Assembly (NCBI GenBank): GCA_040005235.1
Contig: JBDTZG010000016.1
Location: forward strand, 1 to 64,000
Origin: Acidobacteriota bacterium
Lineage (GTDB): Bacteria; Acidobacteriota; Thermoanaerobaculia; Multivoradales; UBA5704
DNA length: 64,000 nucleotides
Direction: 5' to 3'
A program made the translations under genes and the position numbers. This document shows, one piece after another, positions 30,635 to 40,577 of this stretch. The notes under the pieces are model-generated. The model searched no databases, was not told where the DNA came from, and worked only from the letters and a program-made list of their open reading frames with translations. Within the stretch, counting starts at the first letter, position 1; each line of letters begins with the position of its first letter.

Positions 30635-31273
30635 ATGCTCTCCCTCTACTTCCTCCGCCACGGCCAGACCCAGTTTTCGCGCGACGATAATTTCTGCGGC
30701 TCGGGACTCGATCCCGACCTCACGGCCGAGGGGCGAGCGATGGCCGCGGCGTTTGCCGGTGATTATGGCTCGATGCCGTGGGCCGGTGTGTTCGCTAGCC
30801 CGCTCCGCCGGACGGTCGAGACCGCCCGGGTGCTCACCGACTCCTGGAAGCTGGGTCTGGAGATCCGCGACGGCTTGAAAGAGATTGGCTATGGCGAATG
30901 GGAGGGGAAGACCCGGGCGGAGGTCGAACGCGACTTCCACGACGACTACATTCGCTGGGAGGCCGATCCGGCCTGGAACGCGCCGACCGGCGGCGAGCGG
31001 GGGACCGTGATCGCCCGCCGCGTGGGCGAAGTGATCGAGGAGATCAAAGAGCGCCACGCCCACGGACCGGTGCTCGTGGTCTCGCACAAGGCGACGATCC
31101 GGATCGCCCTCTGCGGCCTTCTCGGAATCGACGTCGGCCGCTTCCGCTACCGGCTCGCCTGCCCGGTCGGCAGCGTCTCGATCGTCGAGTTCGGATCGAA
31201 CGGGCCGCTGCTGCGCTCGCTCGCCGATCAGTCGCACCTTCCGGCAGAGCTGCGGGCGCTGCCGGGGACTTAA
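30635..31273 (+). CDS. Histidine phosphatase (phosphoglycerate mutase family)
   Basis: LRHGQT, SPL.R, EIGYGEWEG and VSH. Confidence 0.9.
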   Translation: MLSLYFLRHGQTQFSRDDNFCGSGLDPDLTAEGRAMAAAFAGDYGSMPWAGVFASPLRRTVETARVLTDSWKLGLEIRDGLKEIGYGEWEGKTRAEVERDFHDDYIRWEADPAWNAPTGGERGTVIARRVGEVIEEIKERHAHGPVLVVSHKATIRIALCGLLGIDVGRFRYRLACPVGSVSIVEFGSNGPLLRSLADQSHLPAELRALPGT

Positions 31274-31300
31274 AAACCAGCCTGCTAGACTCCGGCGTCT

Positions 31301-32635
31301 ATGACCGATCCGACGCCCCGCCTCGCCCTGATCGTCGACGACGAACCCGGCATTCTCACCACTCTCTCCGGCATCCTCGCCGACCGCGGCTACGGCACGC
31401 TCTGCGCCGCCACCGGCAACGAGGCGATCGACCTCTACCGCCAGCATCGGCCGGACGTCGTCTTTTTGGACATCTGGCTGCCCGACCGCGACGGGCTCGA
31501 AACCCTCCAGGCGTTGCGCGCGGACGATCCCGCCGCCGCGGTGGTCATGATGTCCGGCCATGGCACGACGGCGACGGCGGTCAAGGCGATTAAGATGGGC
31601 GCCTACGACTACCTCGAAAAGCCCCTCTCGCTACGCCGCGTGGTCGAAGCCGCCGAGGGGGCGATCGACCAGAGGCTCGCGCTGGGCTTGAAAGGCGGCC
31701 ACGGTGAAGGCGCCGACCCGGCGGTCGAAAACGGTGTTCCGTCGGCCGGGCTGGATCTCGAAAGCCAGATCGCGCCGCCGCCCCCGCTGTCGATCCTTGG
31801 CATCCGCGGCCAACGCCAGCGGACGATCCGCCATTCGACGGTGATCTACGGCCTGGGCCTTCACTCCGGGGCGCGCACCGGGATGGTGATTCAGCCGCTG
31901 CCGCCCGACAGCGGCATTCACTTCTACACCCTGCCGGGAGGGCAGCTGATCCCCGCGCACGTCTCCCAGGTGGCCGACACCGATTACGCGACGACCCTCG
32001 GCCGCGACGGCGACAGCGTCAAAACGGTCGAGCATTTCCTCTCCGCCCTCCACGCCGCGGGCATCACCAACCTCCTGATCAAGCTCCACGGCGAGATCCC
32101 CGTGCTCGACGGCTCGGCCGTCGAGTTCTGCCAACGACTCCGTGCGATCGGCGTCGAAGAGCAGGACGAGCCGCAAAAGGAGCTGGTGATCGATCGGGTT
32201 TACGAGGTGGGAAGCGGCGAGAAGAAATTGACCCTGGAGCCGTACGACGGCTTCTCGGTTTCCTACAAGCTGCGCTACCCGGCGCCGGTGGGGGAGCAGG
32301 AGCACGAGTTTACTCTCGCAAGCTTCGAAGGCTACGAGCGCGAGATCGCCCCGGCGCGCACGTTCGGCTTCATGAAGGATCTCCAGATGATGGCCGAGCT
32401 GGGCCTCGGTTCCGGCGGCCGGCTCGACAACTTCATTCTGGTGGGAGAGGACGACGTCCTCAACACCGAGCTGCGTTTCGAAAACGAGTTCGCCCGCCAC
32501 AAGATCCTCGACATCATCGGCGACCTCTTCCTGCTCGGCTACCCGATCCGCGGCAAGGTCACCGCGAGCTTGACAGGACACCGCGACAACATCGCCCTGC
32601 TCCGGCAGATTTGGGCGGCGGTGGGGGTGACGTAG
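31301..32635 (+). CDS. lpxC: Receiver domain fused to UDP-3-O-acyl-GlcNAc deacetylase LpxC
   Basis: REC: IVDDE, FLDIW, MSGHG, EKP. LpxC: QRTI..G.GLHSG, TVEHFLSAL, EIPVLDGSA, IAPARTFGF, NEFARHKILDIIGDL, GH. Confidence 0.93.
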   Translation: MTDPTPRLALIVDDEPGILTTLSGILADRGYGTLCAATGNEAIDLYRQHRPDVVFLDIWLPDRDGLETLQALRADDPAAAVVMMSGHGTTATAVKAIKMGAYDYLEKPLSLRRVVEAAEGAIDQRLALGLKGGHGEGADPAVENGVPSAGLDLESQIAPPPPLSILGIRGQRQRTIRHSTVIYGLGLHSGARTGMVIQPLPPDSGIHFYTLPGGQLIPAHVSQVADTDYATTLGRDGDSVKTVEHFLSALHAAGITNLLIKLHGEIPVLDGSAVEFCQRLRAIGVEEQDEPQKELVIDRVYEVGSGEKKLTLEPYDGFSVSYKLRYPAPVGEQEHEFTLASFEGYEREIAPARTFGFMKDLQMMAELGLGSGGRLDNFILVGEDDVLNTELRFENEFARHKILDIIGDLFLLGYPIRGKVTASLTGHRDNIALLRQIWAAVGVT

Positions 32636-32639
32636 GGAA

Positions 32640-34220
32640 TCACCCTCGCGGTGGTCGCGGCGGCGGAATCGGCCGGCCCGGCACGCGGCGGAAAACCACC
32701 ACGTCGCCGCCCCCATCGCTCTGCGGAAAGCGGGCGACCTCCCGGTAGGCACGCCGGAACCAAGGCTGGCTGACGATCGGACGCGTGCTGCGCCGTTCGG
32801 TGTGGAACAGCACCAGTGGCGTCGGATGCGCGAGAAACGCCCCGAGCAGGTCTTTCTTCGCGATGTAGGGGAGCGATCTGGTGGTGACCAGCCCCATTAA
32901 ATCCTCGACCGTGCGGTCGCTGGTGTAGCCGAGCACCCCGATTTCGCCAAACGCGATCGACTCGTCCGGCGCCGAATTTTGGCGAATCCAAAGCGCGGCT
33001 TGCCGGTATGCCTGTTGCCTGGGCAGCTCGGCGAACCCCCGCAGCCAGGAGAGATTCCACACGAGCGATCCGACCAGAGCCGCCAACACGACCAGCGTCG
33101 GGAAGCCCGCGAACAAGAAGCGCGCGCGCTTCCCAGCCTGCCGCGCCTGTTGCGCCCAGCGCAGCATCGAGAACAAAGCCGCCCCAGCGCCGAACAGAAT
33201 CGCCGCCGCAAACGGAAAGACGTACCAGATCGAGAACGGCACGCCGAGCAGCGGATAGGTCAGGACGTTCGCCGCACCGTAGCCGACGAGCAGCCGGCCG
33301 CACAGCCCCCACCGTTTGTAGACCTCCTGTAGCTGGACCAGGCCGAAAAAAAAGATCACGGTGCCGCAGTACCCGCAGAGCTGTTGCCAGCCCGCCAATC
33401 CCGCGCCCCAGAAGCTCTGGCCGACGAATCCGGAGCCGCCGGAGATCTCGGCGAGGTAGCGCTTCGACTCGAACGTCACCGGCAGAACCGTGCCGAACCA
33501 GGCATATGCGGCGAGCGCCCCCGCCAGGATCACCGTGGCGACGGTGATCGCCCAACGCCAGGGAAGGCGGCGCTCGGCCTGGATCAGCAGCAACCCCAGC
33601 ACGGCGAGCCCGAGCCCGGTATCCGGTCGCACCCAAACCGCGACGCCGCCGAGCAACCCGGAGAGAATGGGCCGCCTTTCGGCGAACCGGCCGGAAGCGA
33701 GCAAGAGGAACAGCGCGAGCGCGGTCTCCGACCCCTGGGCCTTCCAGACGAACGGCGAAGAAAGCAGGAGCATTCCGCCGAGCAGAATCTCCGGCCACCT
33801 GCCGCGATCCGGAGCGGAGCGGATCAGGCAGGCGACGATCCCGAGCAGCGCGAACGCGAACACAATCGTCGCCAGGATCTCGATCCGCGCGCCGGTCACG
33901 CAGTGCAGCCCCGCCAGAACCAGAGCGAGCCCCGGGTTCGACAGCCCGAACACCCGCTCGCCGAGGTTGAACACCAAGCTGTCGCCGTGCGCCAGGTGCC
34001 AGGCGTAGCGATAGGTGATGTAGAAGTCGTCGATCGCAATCCCGGCGGTCCGCACGGCGAACGCAATCGTGAACGCGAGGCAGGCGAACCCCAGCCCGAT
34101 GGAGAATCGGGAGCGCCAAGCGGCCGCGGAAATGGATTCCTTCGATTCGTCGAGGCTCGCCAAGCGGACTCTCTCCAAGAGAAGTCGCGAGCCTACCCTC
34201 TTAAGCTCCGCCGGTTCCAA
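32640..34220 (-). CDS. Polytopic membrane protein, GT-C glycosyltransferase-like
   Basis: DDFYITYRYA.HLA.G..LVFN.GERV.G.SNP, G.ET, RPD and GEIG.LGY....DL.GLV. Confidence 0.7.
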   Translation of the reverse strand: MEPAELKRVGSRLLLERVRLASLDESKESISAAAWRSRFSIGLGFACLAFTIAFAVRTAGIAIDDFYITYRYAWHLAHGDSLVFNLGERVFGLSNPGLALVLAGLHCVTGARIEILATIVFAFALLGIVACLIRSAPDRGRWPEILLGGMLLLSSPFVWKAQGSETALALFLLLASGRFAERRPILSGLLGGVAVWVRPDTGLGLAVLGLLLIQAERRLPWRWAITVATVILAGALAAYAWFGTVLPVTFESKRYLAEISGGSGFVGQSFWGAGLAGWQQLCGYCGTVIFFFGLVQLQEVYKRWGLCGRLLVGYGAANVLTYPLLGVPFSIWYVFPFAAAILFGAGAALFSMLRWAQQARQAGKRARFLFAGFPTLVVLAALVGSLVWNLSWLRGFAELPRQQAYRQAALWIRQNSAPDESIAFGEIGVLGYTSDRTVEDLMGLVTTRSLPYIAKKDLLGAFLAHPTPLVLFHTERRSTRPIVSQPWFRRAYREVARFPQSDGGGDVVVFRRVPGRPIPPPRPPRG

Positions 34221-34352
34221 CCTCGAACGTCAACCCCGGATTCGCCCGCGAAGCGAGCAGGAATGCGCCGAGGGCCGTATCGGCCTGGGCGCGGAAACTG
34301 TGCCTTGGAAGATGTGGAGGCACTCGAAGGTAGGCGGAGTTAGACTCTCTTC

Positions 34353-35207
34353 GTGTCCGCCCCTTGCAGATTTCTTTGCGCCGCCTTGCCGTTGGCTCTC
34401 GCCCTCTCCGGTTGCTTCGGTCCAACCGCCGACGGCCCAGACAACTCCTCCCTCGGGCTCGCTCCGCTGGGCGAGACGACGGTCGAGATCCTCAAAGGCG
34501 CTCCGCCAAGCGAGCGGATTCGCCTGGGGCCGTACGGCGTTGCGTTCGGGCGGCCGGGCGGGGTGGTCGAGCGGGCTCTGTTTGCGGACGATTCGGTGCG
34601 GGAGGAGCTTGCCGACCTCGCGGGAACCTACGGGCCGTTCGATCTGCCGGTGGGGACCGCGCGGGTACGGTTTCGGGGGCGCGGCGGAGTTCCGGCACCT
34701 TGGGTGGAGCGGCGGCGGGTGGCGGAGTGGGCTTTGTTCGTGGTCGCGGAGTCGACCGGATTGGGCGGCCGGGAGCCGGCTCCCGTTTTGTACTGGCAGC
34801 GGGGTGGCGAGGGGGAAGCCTGCGACGGGCTGGGGATCGATCGGACCGGCGGGGTGCGCGGCGGGTCGTGCGCCGGAGGCGGCGGGGCGCCGCGCCGGCT
34901 GGCGACCGCGGAGCTGGAACGGCTGTATGCCTGGTTCGACCGGTTGGGGCCGTTCGCCACCAGTTGGCTCGAAGGACCGCCGGACGGGCGGCGGACGCTT
35001 CGATTGGTCTTTGCCGGGGCCGGACGGGCAACGGCGAGCCCAGGCGAGCGGGAGGAGATTACGGCGTTCGCTTCGGCGCTCGCGACGGAGTTGAAGGTCG
35101 CCGGGTCTCCTCGGTTCGCGGCGCCGCCGAGCCCGGCGCCTCTCGTGCCGCTCAGCCTGCCGGCTCGCGCGCCGATACCGCCGCCGGTCCCGCCGTTCGT
35201 CGGCTAG
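34353..35207 (+). CDS. Hypothetical lipoprotein
   Basis: Lipobox LALSGC; Pro-rich tail. Confidence 0.6.
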   Translation: MSAPCRFLCAALPLALALSGCFGPTADGPDNSSLGLAPLGETTVEILKGAPPSERIRLGPYGVAFGRPGGVVERALFADDSVREELADLAGTYGPFDLPVGTARVRFRGRGGVPAPWVERRRVAEWALFVVAESTGLGGREPAPVLYWQRGGEGEACDGLGIDRTGGVRGGSCAGGGGAPRRLATAELERLYAWFDRLGPFATSWLEGPPDGRRTLRLVFAGAGRATASPGEREEITAFASALATELKVAGSPRFAAPPSPAPLVPLSLPARAPIPPPVPPFVG

Positions 35208-36304
35208 AACCAGCCCTTTTTCTTGAAGTAACCGATCAGGACCAGCGCCACCGCGGCCATCAGCCCGAGGGCGAACGGGTAGCCCATCACCCAGTGCAGC
35301 TCCGGCATGTTGAAATGGCTTACACCGGTGTCGAAGTTCATGCCGTAGACGCCCGCGATGAACGACAGTGGAATGAAAATCGCCGAGAGGATCGTGAGCA
35401 CTTTCATGATCTCGTTCATCCGGTTGCTGACGCTCGAAAGGTAGACGTCGAGCATGCCGCCGGCCAGCTCGCGATAGGTCTCGATCACGTCGATCACCTG
35501 CACCACGTGGTCGTAGCAGTCGCGGAGGAAAATTCGGGTCTCCGCCGTGATCAGCTCCGAGCCGTCGCGCAGAATCGAATTCAGCAGGTCGCGCTCCGGC
35601 CAGGCGGCGCGCCGCAGCATCAGCAGATCGCGTTTGACCTTGTGGATCTCGTTCAACAATCCCGGCGACGGCTTGTCGATCAGCGCATTCTCCAGCCGTT
35701 CGATCTCCTCGCCGTAGCGTTCGAGCACTGGGAAGAACTCGTCGATCAGCGCGTCGACCAGAGCGTAGGCGAGATAGTCGGAGCCGCGCTTGCGAATCAG
35801 GCCGCGGCCGAGGCGGATGCGCTCGCGCACTGCCTCCCACGAGTCGCCGGGAATCTCCTGGAACGTGACCACGTAGCCGGCCCCCAGGAACAAGCTGATC
35901 TGCTCGCCGATCAGGTCCGTGCCGTGGTCGAGCTGCACCGAGCGGAGGATCAGGAACTCATAATCGTCGTAGGGCTCGACCTTGGGTCGCTGGCCGCAGT
36001 TGACCACGTCTTCGAGCGCCAGCTTGTGGAAGCCGAAGCGATCGCCGAGATGGGCGATCAGCTCGACGTCCGAGAGTCCCTCAATGTTGATCCAGGTGAC
36101 GCTGTCGCGTTCCTTGTAACCGAACGCATCGTCGATTCGGTCGAGACGGCGCTCCTCGAAATGGTTCGGTCCGTAGTCGATTAGTGTGATTTTGACCGGC
36201 CCCGTGCCGTCGGGAGAGGGCGTGAGAACGCCTGGGGCGCTGCCCGGCCGGAAGTTTTCGCGTTTGAGGGAGGAGCGGCGGCTTTTGGATCGGGATCGCG
36301 ACAT
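35204..36304 (-). CDS. corA: Mg/Co transporter CorA
   Basis: LALEDV...QRPKVE, RD.YDH, YGMNF and MPEL. Confidence 0.96.
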   Translation of the reverse strand: MSRSRSKSRRSSLKRENFRPGSAPGVLTPSPDGTGPVKITLIDYGPNHFEERRLDRIDDAFGYKERDSVTWINIEGLSDVELIAHLGDRFGFHKLALEDVVNCGQRPKVEPYDDYEFLILRSVQLDHGTDLIGEQISLFLGAGYVVTFQEIPGDSWEAVRERIRLGRGLIRKRGSDYLAYALVDALIDEFFPVLERYGEEIERLENALIDKPSPGLLNEIHKVKRDLLMLRRAAWPERDLLNSILRDGSELITAETRIFLRDCYDHVVQVIDVIETYRELAGGMLDVYLSSVSNRMNEIMKVLTILSAIFIPLSFIAGVYGMNFDTGVSHFNMPELHWVMGYPFALGLMAAVALVLIGYFKKKGWF

Positions 36305-36313
36305 GCGATGAGG

Positions 36314-36922
36314 CTATACCAACGGATCGCCGGGCAGAGGGAGAATAAGTTCGGCCATCTCGTCGACGGGTGGCGGCGGTGCAGCCGGGAAATCCTCCGC
36401 GGGCGGCGGCGCAAACGGCGACCGGGGCGCGCTCACGGTCGGACGATCGGCGGCGAGCCGGTTCTGGGTCTGGCGGATTGCGGCGACCAGCTCGTCGAAC
36501 ACCCGCCGGGCCTTGCCGTGCCGGGGGCCGAAACGCATGCGGGTCCAGGTGCGGCGGCTCTGGATCGAGATCACCCAATCGGGTAGCAGAAAGCCGAGGA
36601 CCGTAAAGACGATCGTCGGAGCCACGATCCCGAGCGCGATGGTGCCGCCGGTCCAGCTGGAGACCGCGGCACCGACCGATCCGAGCAAAAGCCCGAGTAG
36701 ACCGAAGGCGACGACCGAGCGGTAGTTGCGGCCCCGGTGAAGCGTCGCCAGCACCACCTCCTCGAACAACACCCGATGGCGGGTGATGCGGTAGAAGCTC
36801 GACGTGTCGACTTCGAGCGCCTCGCCGCGCCGGTAGACGCGGATCCGCTCGACCAGGCTCGCATCTCGCGCGAGCAGGCGCCTTTCGGGCACCTCGCCCG
36901 GCGCGATCGGCTCGGCGATCAT
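36314..36922 (-). CDS. Hypothetical two-TM membrane protein
   Basis: Start MIAEPI overlaps the upstream stop; two hydrophobic segments. Confidence 0.6.
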   Translation of the reverse strand: MIAEPIAPGEVPERRLLARDASLVERIRVYRRGEALEVDTSSFYRITRHRVLFEEVVLATLHRGRNYRSVVAFGLLGLLLGSVGAAVSSWTGGTIALGIVAPTIVFTVLGFLLPDWVISIQSRRTWTRMRFGPRHGKARRVFDELVAAIRQTQNRLAADRPTVSAPRSPFAPPPAEDFPAAPPPPVDEMAELILPLPGDPLV

Positions 36923-37581
36923 TTCTTGCCTCCGCCGAGCGCCGCGACGCCGGCCGCCCCGGCGAACATCATGGCGATAAGCGCGAGGCCGAACAGCGTC
37001 AGGAATACGCCGAGGACGATCGCGAAAATCGGTCCGCCCCGCCCTCCGGCCTCGCGCCAGGCGCGTTTCTGACGCAAGCCCTGGACCGCGAGGGCGACCG
37101 CCGCGGGGCCGAGGACGATCCCGAGGCAGCTGGTGAGCCAGCCCAGGATCGCCAACGAGACCGCGAGACCCGAGGCGTCGAAGAAATGGACCTCGACCGC
37201 GGTGAACGAGCCTTCGCGGCTCAGGCGGTCGAAGCAGTCGGGGCAGAGCTCCTGGCCCTCCAACGGAATGCGGCAGAGCTCGCAGATGAAGACGCCGCAG
37301 CGCGAGCAAGTGGCGACTGCGGCGTGGTGGGGGTGCCGGGCGCACGGCGTGGCCCCGGCGGCGGGCGCCGGACCCGCGGCGAACGTGACGGCCGGACCGC
37401 TCGCGAAAGCGGCCTCCGGAAGCCGCACCACCGGTGCGGGAGGGGAAAAGGCGACCGCTTCGAACGAAGTGCCACAGGCGGCGCAGGTCTCTTCGTCCGG
37501 TCGGTCGGTGAACTCCGGCAGTGCCGCCCGGCAGCGCGGGCATTGCAGCGGCCGGGGAGGGTAGGCGGTGCTCAGGGCCAA
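36919..37581 (-). CDS. Zinc-ribbon + B-box-like + DUF4190-like membrane protein (start TTG 37581 or CTG 37575)
   Basis: CPRC..CAAC; CARHP..A.ATCSRCG.FICELC..LCPDC; C-terminal TM helices. Confidence 0.7.
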   Translation of the reverse strand: MALSTAYPPRPLQCPRCRAALPEFTDRPDEETCAACGTSFEAVAFSPPAPVVRLPEAAFASGPAVTFAAGPAPAAGATPCARHPHHAAVATCSRCGVFICELCRIPLEGQELCPDCFDRLSREGSFTAVEVHFFDASGLAVSLAILGWLTSCLGIVLGPAAVALAVQGLRQKRAWREAGGRGGPIFAIVLGVFLTLFGLALIAMMFAGAAGVAALGGGKK

Positions 37582-38204
37582 TCGACCACCCGGGTTTTGG
37601 CCGCCATGTCGTGGATGCAGGTCCGCTCCGCGCCGAAGGCGGTCAGGTAGTTGATGATCCCCAGGCACGAGAGGAACCCGAACCCCTGCTGGACGACCGC
37701 GCGGGTCCAGGCCTGGCCGGGACGCACGTCGCTGCCGTCAGGAGAGACCACCTTGAGACCGATGATCCGCTTGCCAATCGTCTGGCCGCTCCGCGCGATC
37801 TGGATGCCGTAATAGAGGATGCCGGCGACGAACCCGAAGCCCATCAGGACCAATTGCAGGATCAGCTGCGCCCCCGCGAACAGGCCGTCGTTGGTTCCCG
37901 GCTTCATCATCCCGCGCGGAATCAGCACCGCGAACATGACGACCATGGTGATCACGGCGAGCGGAATGGCGAGGATCAAGCCATCGAGGAACAGCGCGCC
38001 GAATCGGCGGCCGATCGAGGCGAGGCGAAGTTGGCCGACCGCCGGAGCGGTCCCGGCGCGCAGGTCGAGCAGACGTTGGACCTTGCACTCGGCGCAGAAA
38101 GCCTGGCCGCCCAGCTCGACGTAGCAATCGGGGCAGAAGGTATTGCCGCAACGCGCGCAGTGGACCAGGCCGTCCTCTACGTTCGGGTGATTCCTGCAAG
38201 GCAT
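37572..38204 (-). CDS. RDD family protein with an N-terminal B-box-like zinc finger
   Basis: CRNHP..CARCG..FCPDC..CAEC; ASIGRRFGALFLD, GQTIGK and HDMAAKTRVV. Confidence 0.88.
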   Translation of the reverse strand: MPCRNHPNVEDGLVHCARCGNTFCPDCYVELGGQAFCAECKVQRLLDLRAGTAPAVGQLRLASIGRRFGALFLDGLILAIPLAVITMVVMFAVLIPRGMMKPGTNDGLFAGAQLILQLVLMGFGFVAGILYYGIQIARSGQTIGKRIIGLKVVSPDGSDVRPGQAWTRAVVQQGFGFLSCLGIINYLTAFGAERTCIHDMAAKTRVVDWP

Positions 38205-38344
38205 GATGAGGCTCCCGTCCGAGCGAATCGAACGATCCGCAAAGCTTCCGTGTCTATTCCAGCCGAAGGACCCGGATATGCTATCAGACACCCGAAGAGC
38301 GGACCGGTGTGACGGCCAGGCGCAGGAGGCGCCAAAACGACCGC

Positions 38345-38647
38345 ATGACCTCGACCCTTAGAACCTCCGGACCGCAGACCTGCGCCTATCACCCCGAGCG
38401 TCCGGCGCATGCCCTCTGCGTGTCTTGTCGCAAGCCGCTCTGCCGCGGCTGCGCGACGCCGTGGGAGGGGATTTTTCTCTGCGCCACCTGTCTCGCCGCC
38501 CGGCGTACGGCGGCGGAGGGGAGGGGGTCGTTTTGGGGTTGGGCGAGGCTGGCGCTGGGGATCGCTCTCGCGGCGGCTCTCGCCATATTTCTGGGCGCCT
38601 GGATGTCCGGTCTTTGGGCCGAGCTGCTGGCCGGAGCCGGCTCGTGA
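38345..38647 (+). CDS. Small B-box-like zinc-finger membrane protein
   Basis: CAYHPERPAHALCVSCRKPLCRGC..LCATC plus one TM helix. Confidence 0.75.
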   Translation: MTSTLRTSGPQTCAYHPERPAHALCVSCRKPLCRGCATPWEGIFLCATCLAARRTAAEGRGSFWGWARLALGIALAAALAIFLGAWMSGLWAELLAGAGS

Positions 38648-39489
38648 GAGAGCGCCTGGGATTGGGCGAGCTGCTCGATCGAGCCGCGAACCTGGTCGCC
38701 CGCGAGCTGCCCGAACGCACGGCGCTTTGCGTGCTCGCGGTCCTCCCTTGGCGGCTGCTTCAGGTCTGGTGGCTCCATCGGCTGATCGAGATCTCCGCCG
38801 CCGCCACGCAGCATGGACGTTACCTGGTCTCGCTGTCGCTTTGGACCGTCGCCGCCCTGCCGCTCGCGTTTTGGGGGCGGGCGCAGCTCGCGCGCGGCTG
38901 TTCGATCGCCCTATCCGGCGAGGACGCTTCGCTCTCTCGCTCGCGCTTCGGCTTGCCGTGGCGTGCTTACGTCGCCGGTCTCTACGCGGCGCTGGTCGCC
39001 GCGGCGCTCTATCCGGCGATCGGTTGGATGATCCTCACCCTGCCGTTCATCACCCTCTATTCCGGGCTCGCGGCGGCCACGGCGCCTTACCAAGAGAGGC
39101 CGGGCCTCTGGGCGCCGCTCGGCACCGCGGCGCGCGGGTTCGGCTCGCCGCGGCTGCTCGCCGGTCTCTGGTTCACCGCAGGGGTCGGCGTGTTGATCGC
39201 CGCGATCCAGCTGTTCGTGGTGTTTCAGCTCGGCCTCGCGGCGGTGCAGACGGCGTTCGGGCTGTCCGACGTCTGGTGGGAGCGGACGCTGTCGCTCGAC
39301 AACCGACTGTTCGTCCTGCTCCTCCTCGCCGGGGCGTGTCTCGCGGTCGAGCCGTTCTGGATCGCCGGCCTGTCGATCGTCGTCCAGCGCGGCCGGGCCC
39401 GGGCGAGCGGCGACGACCTCGCCGGATGGATCGCGGAGCTGGCCGAAGCGGACGCGACGGCCCGGGCCGAAGCGGAGAACGCCGCATGA
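38644..39489 (+). CDS. Polytopic membrane protein of the MoxR-associated operon
   Basis: GTGA overlap; LGLGELLDRA N-terminus and G.DL C-terminal motif. Confidence 0.7.
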   Translation: MRERLGLGELLDRAANLVARELPERTALCVLAVLPWRLLQVWWLHRLIEISAAATQHGRYLVSLSLWTVAALPLAFWGRAQLARGCSIALSGEDASLSRSRFGLPWRAYVAGLYAALVAAALYPAIGWMILTLPFITLYSGLAAATAPYQERPGLWAPLGTAARGFGSPRLLAGLWFTAGVGVLIAAIQLFVVFQLGLAAVQTAFGLSDVWWERTLSLDNRLFVLLLLAGACLAVEPFWIAGLSIVVQRGRARASGDDLAGWIAELAEADATARAEAENAA

Positions 39490-40577
39490 GGCCAAGGCAC
39501 TCGCTCGCGGCCTTTCTGACCGGCATTCTGGGAATCCTCGGTCTGTTCGCGATGGGGTCGTTCACGCCGGCCCACGCCGCGAAGATCTCGGTGCCGGAGT
39601 ACCGGGAGCGGTTGCTCGGAATCCGCGTTCAAATCGAGGCGGGAGATTGGGCGGGCGCGGCGCTCGCCTCCCGCGGACTGCTCGGCGACCGGGTGGCGAT
39701 TCCGCGCGCCGCCGAGGAGGTGGCGCCCGATGGCTCGTTGCTCGGACCGATCGGCCGCGCGACCAACCTCGCCGAGGCGCGCGGCCCCGGAGGCGAGCAC
39801 GTCCGCCGCCTGAACCGCCTGACCGCAGAGCTGGCGAGCGCCGAAGGCGACGCGGCCGGCGGACCGATCGTCGCCGACCGGGCCAAGCTGGAGCGCCTGC
39901 GCGCGCAGGAAAAGCTCGCCGACCTGCCCGAAGGCGGCGCGCTGCCGAAAGCGAGCGTGCCCGAAGGGACGATCGACGCGCTCACCGATTTCTTCGCTCC
40001 GCTCACCCGGGTGTTGCGGGCGATCGGCCGGAAGATCCTCGACTGGCTCGACCGTATGTTCGAAGCGGGCAAGAAACCCAAGGGGGACGGGGCGGTTTCC
40101 ACCCTGGCGATCGCCATCGCCGTGGTGATCGCGCTCGCGTTGGCCGGCGCGGCGATCCTCTACGTTCGGCGCCGCCGGAAGGGGGTAGCACCTGGCTCGC
40201 CCGACGAAGCGCCGGCGCCGCCCGCGGCGGACGACGATCCGCTGTCGCGCGAGGTGAACGAGTGGGAGCGCTACGCCCGCGAGCTGGAGCGGGCCGGGCG
40301 CACGCGCGAGGCGGTACGCGCCTGGTATCACGCGGTGCTGGTCGCCCTCTACCGGACCGGTTTCGTCCACTACCGGCGCGGACGGACCAATTGGGAGTAT
40401 GTGGCGTCGCTCGCGCCGACGCTTTCGGTGCGCCCGGGGTTCGCCGATCTCACCCGGCGGTTCGAGCGCGAGTGGTACGGCCGCGACGAGAGCGACCTGG
40501 AAGCGCTGGCCGCGGCGGCCGAGGTCGCGGGCGGTTTGCTCGGAGAAGTTCGCAGCCTCGCGGGGAGCCCCGGTTGA
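39486..40577 (+). CDS. DUF4129 domain protein
   Basis: REAVRAWY..L...TNWEY..F..LT..FER.WYG. Confidence 0.85.
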   Translation: MRPRHSLAAFLTGILGILGLFAMGSFTPAHAAKISVPEYRERLLGIRVQIEAGDWAGAALASRGLLGDRVAIPRAAEEVAPDGSLLGPIGRATNLAEARGPGGEHVRRLNRLTAELASAEGDAAGGPIVADRAKLERLRAQEKLADLPEGGALPKASVPEGTIDALTDFFAPLTRVLRAIGRKILDWLDRMFEAGKKPKGDGAVSTLAIAIAVVIALALAGAAILYVRRRRKGVAPGSPDEAPAPPAADDDPLSREVNEWERYARELERAGRTREAVRAWYHAVLVALYRTGFVHYRRGRTNWEYVASLAPTLSVRPGFADLTRRFEREWYGRDESDLEALAAAAEVAGGLLGEVRSLAGSPG

